From Piromyces finnis finn (lineage: Eukaryota; Fungi; Neocallimastigomycota), in the NCBI GenBank assembly GCA_002104945.1, contig MCFH01000042.1:310001-374000 (forward strand): a stretch of 64,000 nt of DNA. Direction: 5' to 3'. The notes under the pieces are model-generated. The model was not told where the DNA came from and made no database searches. It worked only from the letters and a program-made list of their open reading frames with translations. Below, one piece after another: positions 40,739 to 54,370 of the stretch. How positions within the stretch are numbered: position 1 is the first letter of the stretch; every line of letters starts with the position of its first letter. Made by a program: the position numbers and the translations under genes.

Positions 40739-43448
40739 TTATAAATCTAATTGTTTGTTTTCAGTTATTTTTGAAATTCTATTACTATTGGAGACTTTAT
40801 AATGATAACTTATTAATGCATTAGATATATCAGATGCTCTTCTATGCGTTTGACTTTGAGATTGAAAACTACCTCTCGTTTCTCTACTTCCTTTACTTTC
40901 TTTACTTAGACTAGAAGAGTCAAAATTATTAAATATTCGATTCTTTTTTATATATTCTATTTCATTAAAATCCTCATCTTTATTCTTACACAATACAATT
41001 ATTACTCTCTTAATATAGATTAATAGGTAGTTTGTAACAGAAAAAAGGATAACATTTATTGTAAAAATTATATTGTATAAAAGATAACTCTTTATTTCGA
41101 TTGAAGCGAATACATTAAATACAATAATCGATATAATATCTACTGCAATCAATGCGGTTATAAATCTTCTTTCATTACGTAACGTTTCCACATTCCAATC
41201 TACAAATAATAAAATTGAAATAGTAATGATGGATCCCATTATACAAAATATGGATAGAAAATTAAAAATTGCACCAAAGGATTCATAATTTACACATTTT
41301 TGGAAATTTTCCCCATTATATGTAAATATTTCAATATGATAGGGTGAAAATAATAGTGTAAAATTAAGTGAAAATTCAATAAAAACGACTATTCCCGTAA
41401 AAATATATTTATTATTTTTAAACCAATTTGATATTTTATTTTCTTCAGGAAAATTAATAATTAATATATAGACAACAGGGATTAAACTCATAGCATGTCC
41501 AAAATAAATTATTGGTATTCTAATTTTACATTTAAATTCTGATCCATCTCCATAAAGTGTATAAACAGAGCACATCATAATAATAGATCCTAATAAAGAT
41601 AGTGTCCAAAACCAATTCGATAGTATTTCAAATTGAGGTTTAAATTTATCATGAAATATAAATACATGGGATACACTCATTATAACGACAATTATTGAAA
41701 TTATAACAAAAAATATTGGACCTAATATTGAATCTCCTCCTATGACCGAAAAATGATAATATTTTGTTAGGTCCTCTATTTTTTTAATAACATCAGATAA
41801 ATCGGCATCGTTATATACATACTCATAAATATATTTCTTAAAATTAATTATGTATAATGGAATATTATCTATTTTAAGTTCAAAATCCAAAACAGGCAAA
41901 GGTTGTGCGTTTTTATATATATTACAATTTATTAATGAACAAGCTTCTTCATCATCGTATAAACTATTGATGGCTGAATAAATATTTTTTGAAATAACAA
42001 ACTTTTTTTGAGTATCTTTTGATGTAATAAATTTTAAAGCTTCAATAGCCGCTTTTTGGTTTTCTGCACTTGAATAACGATTTATTGCTATATTATATCC
42101 ACCAGCAACTGAACCTGAAATACCCGCTTTTTCTCCGGGAATGTTAGAAGTTGTATAATCAGGATTATGTTCATAATACCAAAATTTTAAAAATAATGCT
42201 TTTCCTGATATAATTCTTTCTCTTGTATCATCATCTTCCATTAGAAATTGCGAATCTAGAAGATAAAAAAAAACCAATACATGTATTTTTTTTTAAACTA
42301 TTAATTATTTTTCTAAAAGTGAATAGAAAAATAAAAAAAAATTTTTTTTTATTAAAAAATTCCTCAAACCTGAGCCAATTTCATTTTTTAAAATTTTAAT
42401 CATTTTTATGGCATTTTGTGCTGAATCACTTTCTATGCCTGGATATAAATCAGCATTTGATTTTCTAAATGAAGTAATTAATTCATAAATTGATAATATT
42501 CCATAATCACCCTCTTTTTATATAATATATCATTATTATACAATGAAATCATTTAATGATATGAAAATTATCAAATTAAATTAATATTAAATATTTACCA
42601 CTAAACAATCCATTATATGATATTATATCTGTATTATTTAGCTTTTTTTCTTCTTCCATTATATATTTACTCGTTTTTATTAATTCATCCCATGTTTTAG
42701 GAACTTTTTCTCCATATTTATCCAATAGTTTTTTATTTGAATATAAAACGCTTAATTCAATTGTGAAAGGCTAATATATATATATATAAATGAATTAATA
42801 AAAAAAAATTACAAAAGTTATAAAATATTTACAATATATAATTAAAAGTATTTTAAAAATACATTATATGTATTTTTCTGTATATTATATTTTAAAAATA
42901 ATTCCAAGTAAAAAAAAAAAAAAGGTAATATTTACTAGTCCTATCACTTTTTTATTCCATGTACATGTTTTTGATATAATATTTTTATCAAACATATTAA
43001 TATGTTCTTCCGATATTAAACCATTTAAAGGTACAAAATGTTCTCCATACACTTCAGAAAAGGATGCATAATAAAAAATTAAATCATATTTTGTTGATTG
43101 TCTTGCAAGTAACGTACCCACAATCGATGCATAATCGTCAATACTTGAAGTTGAATTTTCTGGTGCTAGAATTGTTAATTCTATTTGAATATCTAAGTTT
43201 TGTTTTTTTGAATATTTATTAAATTCATCCACAATTGGTGTAAGTAAATTTAATCTCTCACTATATGCATAGGATATTGCTTTTATTTTAACTGAATTTA
43301 TACCACCTGTAATGTAAAAAAAACTAGTTAATATATTTAAATATAAGATGTATAATGAAAAAAAAATAATAATAAAAAAAAAAAGTTAATAGTTACAGAT
43401 ACAGTTAAATATAATGAATATGAATATGTAAATAAAATACAAATTCAT
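40739..43448 (-). CDS. SBP-fold II + class C-like 7TM GPCR, copy 2 (5 exons)
   Basis: Signal exon MNLYFIYIFIFIIFNCI; STKYDLIFY, LYSNKKLLDKY...VPKTWDEL, GGYNIAIN; seven TM helices; same exon layout as the neighbouring paralogue. Confidence 0.86.
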
Positions 43449-43816
43449 TTTATTTGACTTATTTTCTTGAATATTGTGTAATTTTATTATTATAATTTAT
43501 TATATAATATTAAACATATATGTAATTAAGTATTGATATGTTAAATCCTACGATATATATTAAAAAAGATAGAGGAAAAATTTTATTGAATAACATATGT
43601 ATATATTAATATTTATACTTTTTTTTTTAATTCTCCATAAATAATCTTAAAAAATTTATTAAATATTAAAATATTCTATAAATACATTTTTTTAATAAAA
43701 TTTATAATTTCAAAGATAAAAAAAAAAGTTTATATTTTAATTTTTTATTTTTTTATATTTAAATTGGTTATTATTTTTTAATAAATTTTTAATTATTTTT
43801 ACATATTATATAATAT

Positions 43817-44483
<667 letters not shown>

Positions 44484-44582
44484 TATATAATATTATATAG
44501 GCATAAATATTATAAACATTTTTTTCTTACTTATACCTAATAATGTGTTTATTTTTCTCGAAATATTTTAATTAAATATTAA

Positions 44583-46888
44583 TCATATATTTTGAGAAAA
44601 ATTGTAACGATAATTAGAAGTTACATTTAAATCAACATTTTCAATTTCATTTAATGATTCATTTGAATCTTTTATATTCTTTGGTTTCTTTGAAGTAAGT
44701 CTTCTAGTAACTGTAGATGCACCACGTTTTACTGAAGTTGCTCTTCTAGAAAGACCTCTTTTGATATTTTCATATTTTTTAGGATTTTTCTTTATTAATA
44801 GGAAAATACCAGCAGCACCAACAACAGAACCAGTCAAAGCGAAACCAGTAACAACTGTTCCAGTATTACTTGAATCTACTATGCTATCAACTTCATTTGA
44901 TTCTTCATCAACACCTTTAGTATTATTAACAGGTGATACATTTGGTTGTTTATTATCATCCTCTTTAGTATTAGTTGTTTGAATATTATTAATTTCTTGA
45001 TTACTAGTATTAATTATATTTTCACTTTGATTTAATCCATTATTTTCATTTTGAATTTCATCTTTGGGTTCTTTTTCAATTTCTATTGATGAAGTAGTTG
45101 GTTTAATATTAATCTTTGAATCTTCCTTAACAGCATTTTGCTTTACTTTAGCTTCGTTTAATGATTCGCTTGATTCATTTTTATGAACTTTAGCTTCATT
45201 TTTGTCTTGTATTTCATGATCTTTATAATCATATTTGTCTTGATTATAATTTATTGAATTATCCTTACCTTCGTGTTTGTCTGATTTAGTAATACTAGAT
45301 GATTTATTAATAACTAATGGTTCTTCAGTTGAACTTACTTTATTTGTTGGTTGAGTTTCTTCTGCTCTAATAGTAGTTGTAGCAATGATATCGATATTAA
45401 CAGGTTGAACAGTTGTGGTTTTAATTATTTTAGTAGAAGATTCAATAGAAGTTGTTGTAGTTGGCTTAATGACTACAGTAGTAGTAGTTGTTGTAGTTGG
45501 CTTAATGACTACAGTAGTAGTAGTTGTTATAGTTGGCTTATTGACTACAGTAGTTGTTGTTGTGGTTGGCTTAATGACTACAGTAGTAGTTGTTGTTGTA
45601 GTTGGCTTATTGACTACAGTAGTTGTTGTTGTGGTTGGCTTAATGACTACAGTAGTAGTAGTTGTTATAGTTGGCTTATTGACTACAGTAGTAGTAGTTG
45701 TTATAGTTGGCTTATTGACTATAGTAGTAGTTGTAGTATGTTTTTTAGTAGTAGTAGTAGTAGTAATTGGTTTAGGTGTAGTCTTTACAACTGTAGTGGT
45801 ACTAACCTTGACTGCATTTTGTTGTGAAGCTACTGCATTTGATGATGAACTAATAAATGCTATTAAATAAAATATTAAATATTATATATTATATATTAAT
45901 TAAATATTTTCTTACACAAAATTATATATATACCGATTTTTTGCTATTAATATTTGATTAAAAAAAAACTTACGTTGACTAAAATCTGAACCACATCTTT
46001 CTTTTCCATTAAAAATGGAACCGGCTTGTACTAAAGACTGAGTTTCCTTAATAATCATACTAATACCTAATCCATTAATATTCTTACATATCTTTGAATA
46101 ATCATGATTTAAAAAGTTTTGGTAGGAAATACCAAAAACAGCCTTTCCTTTATTAAGGAAATTTTTATATAAATGGCATTCAGGATTTTTAAGTGTTGCA
46201 CAGCTTTCATTAATTGCAAAATCAAAATAATCAGAAACATCATCAATCATAAAAAGTGCATTCTTTAAACCAATAGAAATTCCCATATCATGAGCAGTTT
46301 GACCTAACCACTTTGCAAACTTTATTGTATCTTCTTTAGTAAGTGGATTAGACCAACTTTTAACTTCATCTTGTTGCCAACCATCTAAATTATCAACTTC
46401 AAGAGCATCACACTTCTTAGTAATTGCTTCTTGCATTCTATTTTTAATGAGAGGTTTAAGACCTTCCTTACGAATATCAAGCCAATTTTCTCCAGCCCAT
46501 TCTTCATACTCATTACGAACTAAATTACTAATCTCATAAAATTTACTTTTATCTGAACGAAAATCTTCAAGAGTACCACCTGAGAAATAACAAATGACCT
46601 TTTTATTAGCATTATGAATATTTGTAATGATTGAACTTTCAGTTTTATAATCGATATCAACTATTTCAGCTGGTTCTTTAGAACTTTAAAAAAATGGTAT
46701 TACAATATAAATTTTTTTCTTTAAATAATAATTTTTTATATTTCAATAATATTTTATTATACTTACAGATCAACTTTTCCTTCAAGAACATAATTCCATG
46801 TTGCACCTTGAGGTGGCATCCATCTTGCTTCAGCATTTTTTAATAATAATAAAGAAACAATAATGCTACTAGATAGTAAGTACTTCAT
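44583..46888 (-). CDS. GH114 (endo-alpha-1,4-polygalactosaminidase-like) with Thr-rich stalk and C-terminal TM anchor (exons 46888-46767, 46683-45974, 45859-44583)
   Basis: Signal peptide; VDID, VICYFSGGTLEDFR, ENWLDIR, KCDALEVDNLDG, AH..GISIGLKN, FAINESC; (V/I)(N/I)KPT-Tn repeats; TM GTVVTGFALTGSVVGAAGIFLLI followed by a basic tail. Confidence 0.88.
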
Positions 46889-47232
46889 TTTTTGTTAAAA
46901 TAAATTTTACGTTTTTTTTTTAATTTTTTAACAATTTTTTTTACTTTTAAAATTTATATTTAATTTGTAATTTTATTCTCTGTTGTGTTTATATGAAATG
47001 TGTCTAATTTTTAATTATTTTGTATAATATTTCAAAGTGAATTGTTTTTATTTACTGTTATATATATTATTTATTATTTTCCATAAAAATTCTTATATAT
47101 ATTTACAACTAGTTTTATATATACAAATAAAAACTTAATATTGAATTTGATTCTTTTATAAAAAAACAACTACAATAATAATAATAATAATAATAATTAA
47201 TTAAATATAAAAGAATAACAAATAAAAATGAA

Positions 47233-47280
<48 letters not shown>

Positions 47281-48094
47281 GATGATGATGATGATGAATG
47301 AAATATTTTAAAAGGAAAAAAAAAAAGGTTATTAAAGGCTCTTCTAAGTTAAAAAAAAAGCTTTAATTAAATTTATTATAATTAATTAAAACTACCCAAT
47401 AAAATGATCATAATAATTATAATCAAATAAAAAAACATAAGAAAAAAAGGTTATTTGTAATATTATTAATATTATTAATATTAGTATATATAATAATAAT
47501 AATAAAATAATAAATTAATAATATATTTTTTTAATTATTCATAATAAAAGTATAATACCAAACTTTTATAATTATTTTTATTAATGATTAGTTATAATGG
47601 TTGAAATAAAATGTCAATTAACAAAGTTTTCAATTTTTCACGAAATCAAATGAACAGTTAAATATAAATTTTAATTTTTTAAATTTTATATAAATTAAAG
47701 TTAAATTTGTTTACATTTTAATAATATTTTAATTTATCTCAAACTAGCCAATAATATTTTTCTTTATTAATTATATTTTAATAATTTAATAAATTAAATT
47801 TAATAAATTTGATTAAAAAACTATATTTAATATGTTTCATTTTACATAATTTTTAAAATTCATTTTCTTTATAAACTCTTCTTTTGAAAAGAGAGTAATT
47901 TTAATGTGCTTTTTTATATATAAAGATATTTATATTTCTATTATTCTAATGTACTTTTTATAAAAATATTTTTACTTTTTTTACAAGAATTATTAATATA
48001 ATATTAACCTCTAATACCATAAACTATTCATTAATAATTATCAATTATAATGTTATTAATAATTTCAGTAAAATTAATATAGACATCATCATCA

Positions 48095-48296
<202 letters not shown>

Positions 48297-48764
48297 ATTT
48301 TAAATTGACCATATTTCGCAATAAAAAAATAAATAAATTTTATTTTTTTTATTTTAAAATTAAATATCAACTATAAAGTATTTTATAAATGTTGACAAAG
48401 GTACTAACTAAAATAATTTATCTAATATCTAATAAAATTAACAATAAAATAGTTACTAATGTAATAAATAATTATTTATTAACTAAATAGTTATGTTTTT
48501 AATTTTTTTTTTATTTTTTTTATTTTTTGTATAGATTTAAATAAATTATTTGTTATATATATTACAATATATCGTTTTTATATAGAATATTTTTAAAAAA
48601 AATATTTTTAAAAGAATATTTTACAAAAACAATTTTCATAAAATAAAAACAAATATTTATCTATATATTATTTTGAAATATTTTAAAAAAAATATTAAAT
48701 ATATTACATTAAAAATTTAAAAAATAAATTTAATTTATATTAGTAAATTTTTAGTAGTGAATTT

Positions 48765-50054
48765 TTAGTAGTGTCTGTGATTCTTCTTCTTATCTTTCTT
48801 CATTTGTTTAAGAAGATTCTTTGCTTCTTCAAGATATTCTTTGGCTTCTTCAAGTTCTTCTTCTTCAGCTTCAATGTCACTGCTATTGTTGCTATCATCA
48901 ACAGCAACAGCACTTTCATCATCATCTTCACCTTCAACTTCAACATCACTATCATTCTTACATTGTTCAAGATCCTTGTTTTCTTCTAAATCACAATCTG
49001 GTTCATCACCGTCATTTTCATCATCGTCGTTTTCATCACCGTTATTATCATTTTCATTATCATTTTCATTGTTACCTTTTTTACATTCAGAAAGATCAGC
49101 ATTTTCTGGAAGAGAACAGTAGCATTCTTGAACATCACTGTTTTCTGGCTTTGAACAATCTAAAGTATCATCAGTCTTACATTCTGGTAATTCACTGTTT
49201 TCTGGTTTGGAACAATCAACCTTACATTGTTCATTGTCCTTGTTTTCTGGTTTGGAACAGTCAACCTTACATTGTTCATTGTCCTTGTTTTCTGGTCTGG
49301 AACAATCAACCTTACATTGTTCATTGTCCTTGTTTTCTGGTTTGGAACAGTCAACCTTACATTGTTCATTGTCCTTGTTTTCTGGTTTGGAACAGTCAAC
49401 CTTACATTGTTCATTGTCCTTGTTTTCTGGTTTGGAACAGTCTGGAGCTGGAACTGGAGTTTCTTCTTCAGTCTTACATTCTGGTAATTCACTGTTTTCT
49501 GGTTTGGAACAGTCTGGAGCTGGAACTGGGGCTGGAACTGGAGTTTCTTCTTCAGTCTTACATTCTGGTAATTCACTGTTTTCTGGCTTGGAACAGTCAA
49601 TCTTACATTGTTCATTATCCTTGTTTTCTGGTTTGGAACAGTCAACCTTACATTGTTCATTGTCCTTGTTTTCTGGTTTGGAACAGTCAACCTTACATTG
49701 TTCATTGTCCTTGTTTTCTGGTTTGGAACAGTCAACCTTACATTGTGGTAAATATTTGAATTCTGGTTTAGAACAGTCAATTATTGGAATGATTGGTGTT
49801 GGTACAATTTGAGTTGGCTTTGGAGCAACTGTGGTAGTTGGAATAGATGGAGTAGGAATAGATGGTATAGAAGGAACGGATGGTGTATTCCATCCCCAAT
49901 TCCACCAATTCCAACCTGAATTATTATTATTGTTGTTGTTGTTGTTGTTGTTTCCCCATCCCCAGGAATCCCAACCCCAGCAAGGTAAACCAAAGACTTG
50001 AGATTGAGAAAGTAAGACACTAACTAAAACGGCTGAATATAATTTGTTGTACAT
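48765..50054 (-). CDS. Secreted Cys-repeat protein, short copy (429 aa; 8 DCSKPENKDNEQCK units plus ELPEC/PVPAP variants)
   Basis: Intronless ORF; signal peptide; Trp/Asn-rich N-terminus; C-x10-C repeats; acidic region; helical basic C-terminus. Confidence 0.9.
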   Translation of the reverse strand: MYNKLYSAVLVSVLLSQSQVFGLPCWGWDSWGWGNNNNNNNNNNNSGWNWWNWGWNTPSVPSIPSIPTPSIPTTTVAPKPTQIVPTPIIPIIDCSKPEFKYLPQCKVDCSKPENKDNEQCKVDCSKPENKDNEQCKVDCSKPENKDNEQCKIDCSKPENSELPECKTEEETPVPAPVPAPDCSKPENSELPECKTEEETPVPAPDCSKPENKDNEQCKVDCSKPENKDNEQCKVDCSKPENKDNEQCKVDCSRPENKDNEQCKVDCSKPENKDNEQCKVDCSKPENSELPECKTDDTLDCSKPENSDVQECYCSLPENADLSECKKGNNENDNENDNNGDENDDDENDGDEPDCDLEENKDLEQCKNDSDVEVEGEDDDESAVAVDDSNNSSDIEAEEEELEEAKEYLEEAKNLLKQMKKDKKKNHRHY

Positions 50055-50792
50055 TTTCCCTTTTTAATCCAGTAAACCTTAAACTTTAAGACTAATTGAA
50101 AAGATTTTTTTAATATAAATTAAAATAAATATTTTATATTTTATATTTACAGGCAGGTTTTTTTAAAAACTTTGATTTTTAAAATTTTTATATAGATAAA
50201 TATTATAAATATTTAAATTTTTTAATAATTGATAATTTTCAAAAAATTTTTACAGAAAAATATTATAGAAATATATTTGATTGAAAAAATGCTAAATATA
50301 TATTTCGATAATATTTATAAATGTTTTATAAATGTTTTTTTTTAATAGTTGTAAATACAATAATACTATTTTAGTATGTTATAATTTAATAATTATTTAA
50401 AATAAAATGAAAATAAAAAAATTTATTTTTTTTTAAAATAATAAACTTTTGATGTTATTTAAATTTTATATATATTACAATAATATAAATAAGAAAATTG
50501 TTTTTGTAAGTTAATGAAGATAAAATTCAGTCTTTTTCGACAATATTTATACTATTTTGAAATATATTAACATTTTTAAATAAGTAGTATTTTATTATCA
50601 CAACATCATCTATTTTATTATAGTTATTTTTATATATTTAATTTTTAAATTTAATCTTTATTAACTAAAAATAATATAATTTATTAATGTTGTAAACAAA
50701 TATATAAAAAATAATTTCTGTTTTTTATAAACTATTTTTAAATTGATTTATTTATTTTAATAATATATACACATTCTATTTTTGATAGTTAA

Positions 50793-50936
50793 AATAATTT
50801 TTTATAATTATATTATATATTTATACAAAAATAATTTTTTATAATTATATTATATATTTATACAATAATAATATTTTTTATAATTATATATTTATACAGT
50901 AATAATATTTTTTATAATTATATATTTATACAGTAA
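50793..50936. repeat. ~35-bp AT-rich tandem repeat x4 in the palindrome spacer
   Basis: ATAAT(A)TTTTTTATAATTATA(TTA)TATTTATACA repeated four times. Confidence 0.75.
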
Positions 50937-52177
50937 TATTCAAATTAATTTGATGTATTGTTTTTTATTAAATATTATTGTTTTTTATTAAATACAAAAT
51001 CAATTTTTTTTTTTTTTTAGATTGCCGTTTATATTATAAATCTATATGAATATGTTTTTATTTCTTTAAAATGTAATACAAACAATTCATAGAAAAAAAA
51101 TAAAATATTTAAAATTTAAATACTGTTAAGTTTATTTTTATAAAATTTTATATAAAAATTAAAACTTTACATAATCATTATTTGGTATATAAAAATACGG
51201 TTAAATTAATGTAATCATTATACATATTATATAGATAAAAGAAAAAAGACGGTAATTTTTATATATACAAATTTACTTTTAAAAGATATATTTTTAAGTT
51301 GTATTTTTGATTTAAATAAAAGTTTATATGTATATTTTTAAATGTTTATTTCTATTAGCTTTATATTTTTCTTATATTTTTTTATTTTTGATATTAAATA
51401 TATATTTATATTTTTTATTTAATTGTAAATACTTCATATATCACATTAAAGCAAATTAATTATAAAATAATTTTGTATATTATTGAATATTAATCCATTT
51501 ATTAAAGATATTTATATTTTTTAATTTTATTTTTCAATTAACCAAAAGAAATATTTACAAATTATTAATTTTTTCAAATTAGTATTTACAAATTTTAATC
51601 TATATCAATATATTTTAATTTACTAAGCGTTAGAAGTTTAAATAGATTTTTTTTTAATTTCAAAATAGTATAAATATTGTCGAAAAAGACTGAATTTTAT
51701 CTTCATTAACTTACAAAAACAATTTTCTTATTTATATTATTGTAATATATATAAAATTTAAATAACACTTTAAATCAATTTATCAAAAGCTTTTTTTAAA
51801 AAAAATAAATTTTTTTATTTTCATTTTATTTTAAATAATTATCAAATTGATAACATACTGAAATAGTATTATTGTATTTACAACTATTAAAAAAAAACAT
51901 TTATAAAACATTTATAAATATTATCGAAATATATATTTAGCATTTTTTCAATCAAATATATTTCTATAATATTTTTCTGTAAAAATTTTTTGAAAATTAT
52001 CAATTATTAAAAAATTTAAATATTTATAATATTTATCTATATAAAAATTTTAAAAATCAAAGTTTTTAAAAAAGCCTGCCTGTAAATATAAAATATAAAA
52101 TATTTATTTTAATTTATATTAAAAAAATCTTTTCAATTAGTCTTAAAGTTTAAGGTTTACTGGATTAAAAAGGGAAA

Positions 52178-54076
52178 ATGTACAACAAATTATATTCAGC
52201 CGTTTTAGTTAGTGTCTTACTTTCTCAATCTCAAGTCTTTGGTTTACCTTGCTGGGGTTGGGATTCCTGGGGATGGGGAAACAACAACAACAACAACAAC
52301 AATAATAATAATTCAGGTTGGAATTGGTGGAATTGGGGATGGAATACACCATCCGTTCCTTCTATACCATCTATTCCTACTCCATCTATTCCAACTACCA
52401 CAGTTGCTCCAAAGCCAACTCAAATTGTACCAACACCAATCATTCCAATAATTGACTGTTCTAAACCAGAATTCAAATATTTACCACAATGTAAGGTTGA
52501 CTGTTCCAAACCAGAAAACAAGGACAATGAACAATGTAAGGTTGACTGTTCCAAACCAGAAAACAAGGACAATGAACAATGTAAGGTTGATTGTTCCAAA
52601 CCAGAAAACAAGGACAATGAACAATGTAAGGTTGACTGTTCCAAACCAGAAAACAAGGACAATGAACAATGTAAGGTTGATTGTTCCAAACCAGAAAACA
52701 AGGACAATGAACAATGTAAGGTTGATTGTTCCAAACCAGAAAACAAGGACAATGAACAATGTAAGGTTGACTGTTCCAAACCAGAAAACAAGGACAATGA
52801 ACAATGCAAGATTGACTGTTCCAAACCAGAAAACAAGGACAATGAACAATGTAAGGTTGACTGTTCCAAACCAGAAAACAAGGACAATGAACAATGTAAG
52901 GTTGACTGTTCCAAACCAGAAAACAAGGACAATGAACAATGCAAGATTGACTGTTCCAAACCAGAAAACAAGGACAATGAACAATGTAAGGTTGACTGTT
53001 CCAAACCAGAAAACAAGGACAATGAACAATGTAAGGTTGACTGTTCCAAACCAGAAAACAAGGACAATGAACAATGTAAGGTTGACTGTTCCAAACCAGA
53101 AAACAAGGACAATGAACAATGTAAGGTTGACTGTTCCAAACCAGAAAACAAGGACAATGAACAATGTAAGGTTGATTGTTCCAAACCAGAAAACAAGGAC
53201 AATGAACAATGTAAGGTTGATTGTTCCAAACCAGAAAACAAGGACAATGAACAATGCAAGATTGACTGTTCCAAACCAGAAAACAAGGACAATGAACAAT
53301 GTAAGGTTGACTGTTCCAAACCAGAAAACAAGGACAATGAACAATGTAAGGTTGACTGTTCCAAACCAGAAAACAAGGACAATGAACAATGTAAGGTTGA
53401 CTGTTCCAAACCAGAAAACAAGGACAATGAACAATGTAAGGTTGACTGTTCCAAACCAGAAAACAAGGACAATGAACAATGTAAGGTTGATTGTTCCAAA
53501 CCAGAAAACAAGGACAATGAACAATGTAAGGTTGATTGTTCCAAACCAGAAAACAGTGAATTACCAGAATGTAAGACTGAAGAAGAAACACCAGTTCCAG
53601 CTCCAGCTCCAGCTCCAGCTCCAGACTGTTCCAAACCAGAAAACGGTGAATTACCAGAATGTAAGACTGATGATACTTTAGATTGTTCAAAGCCAGAAAA
53701 CAGTGATGTTCAAGAATGCTACTGTTCTCTTCCAGAAAATGCTGATCTTTCTGAATGTAAAAAAGGTAACAATGAAAATGATAATGAAAATGATAATAAC
53801 GGTGATGAAAACGACGATGATGAAAATGACGGTGATGAACCAGATTGTGATTTAGAAGAAAACAAGGATCTTGAACAATGTAAGAATGATAGTGATGTTG
53901 AAGTTGAAGGTGAAGATGATGATGAAAGTGTTGTTGCTGTTGATGATAGCAACAATAGCAGTGACATTGAAGCTGAAGAAGAAGAACTTGAAGAAGCCAA
54001 AGAATATCTTGAAGAAGCAAAGAATCTTCTTAAACAAATGAAGAAAGATAAGAAGAAGAATCACAGACACTACTAA
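52178..54076 (+). CDS. Secreted Cys-repeat protein, long copy (632 aa; 23 tandem 45-bp DCSKPENKDNEQCK units)
   Basis: N-terminus identical and C-terminus nearly identical to the 48765-50054 protein; 45-bp units run 52499-53533 (1035 bp = 23 x 45). Confidence 0.92.
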   Translation: MYNKLYSAVLVSVLLSQSQVFGLPCWGWDSWGWGNNNNNNNNNNNSGWNWWNWGWNTPSVPSIPSIPTPSIPTTTVAPKPTQIVPTPIIPIIDCSKPEFKYLPQCKVDCSKPENKDNEQCKVDCSKPENKDNEQCKVDCSKPENKDNEQCKVDCSKPENKDNEQCKVDCSKPENKDNEQCKVDCSKPENKDNEQCKVDCSKPENKDNEQCKIDCSKPENKDNEQCKVDCSKPENKDNEQCKVDCSKPENKDNEQCKIDCSKPENKDNEQCKVDCSKPENKDNEQCKVDCSKPENKDNEQCKVDCSKPENKDNEQCKVDCSKPENKDNEQCKVDCSKPENKDNEQCKVDCSKPENKDNEQCKIDCSKPENKDNEQCKVDCSKPENKDNEQCKVDCSKPENKDNEQCKVDCSKPENKDNEQCKVDCSKPENKDNEQCKVDCSKPENKDNEQCKVDCSKPENSELPECKTEEETPVPAPAPAPAPDCSKPENGELPECKTDDTLDCSKPENSDVQECYCSLPENADLSECKKGNNENDNENDNNGDENDDDENDGDEPDCDLEENKDLEQCKNDSDVEVEGEDDDESVVAVDDSNNSSDIEAEEEELEEAKEYLEEAKNLLKQMKKDKKKNHRHY

Positions 54077-54370
54077 AAATTCACTACTAAAAATTTACTA
54101 ATATAAATTAAATTTATTTTTTAAATTTTTAATGTAATATATTTAATATTTTTTTTTTAAAATATTTCAAAATAATATATAGATAAATATTTGTTTTTAT
54201 TTTATGAAAATTGTTTTTGTAAAATATTCTTTTAAAAATATTTTTTTTAAAAATATTCTATATAAAAACGATATATTGTAATATATATAACAAATAATTT
54301 ATTTAAATCTATACAAAAAATAAAAAAAATAAAAAAAAAATTAAAAACATATATTAAAAACTTAGAAATT

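Larger units (their letters stand above)
48492..54351. repeat. Large inverted duplication: left arm 48492-50563, right arm 51657-54351, spacer ~1.09 kb
   Basis: Arms are reverse complements from the 3' flank through each gene to ~510 bp upstream; they differ by a few SNPs, a ~12-bp upstream indel and repeat-unit number. Confidence 0.95.

Noticed and set aside
45351-45870. Plus-strand Val-rich and Cys/Ser-rich ORFs
   Set aside because: Antisense shadows of the Thr-rich stalk of the GH114 gene.
48771-54070. Many long overlapping alternative-frame and antisense ORFs (LEQSTLHC, TVPNQKTR, WNSQPYIVH repeats)
   Set aside because: By-products of a stop-free 45-bp repeat; only one frame has a signal peptide and coherent termini.
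48492-54351. Pure assembly artefact (fold-back chimera)
   Set aside because: Arms differ by SNPs, an indel and array architecture, and are separated by a unique spacer; read-level confirmation is still needed.
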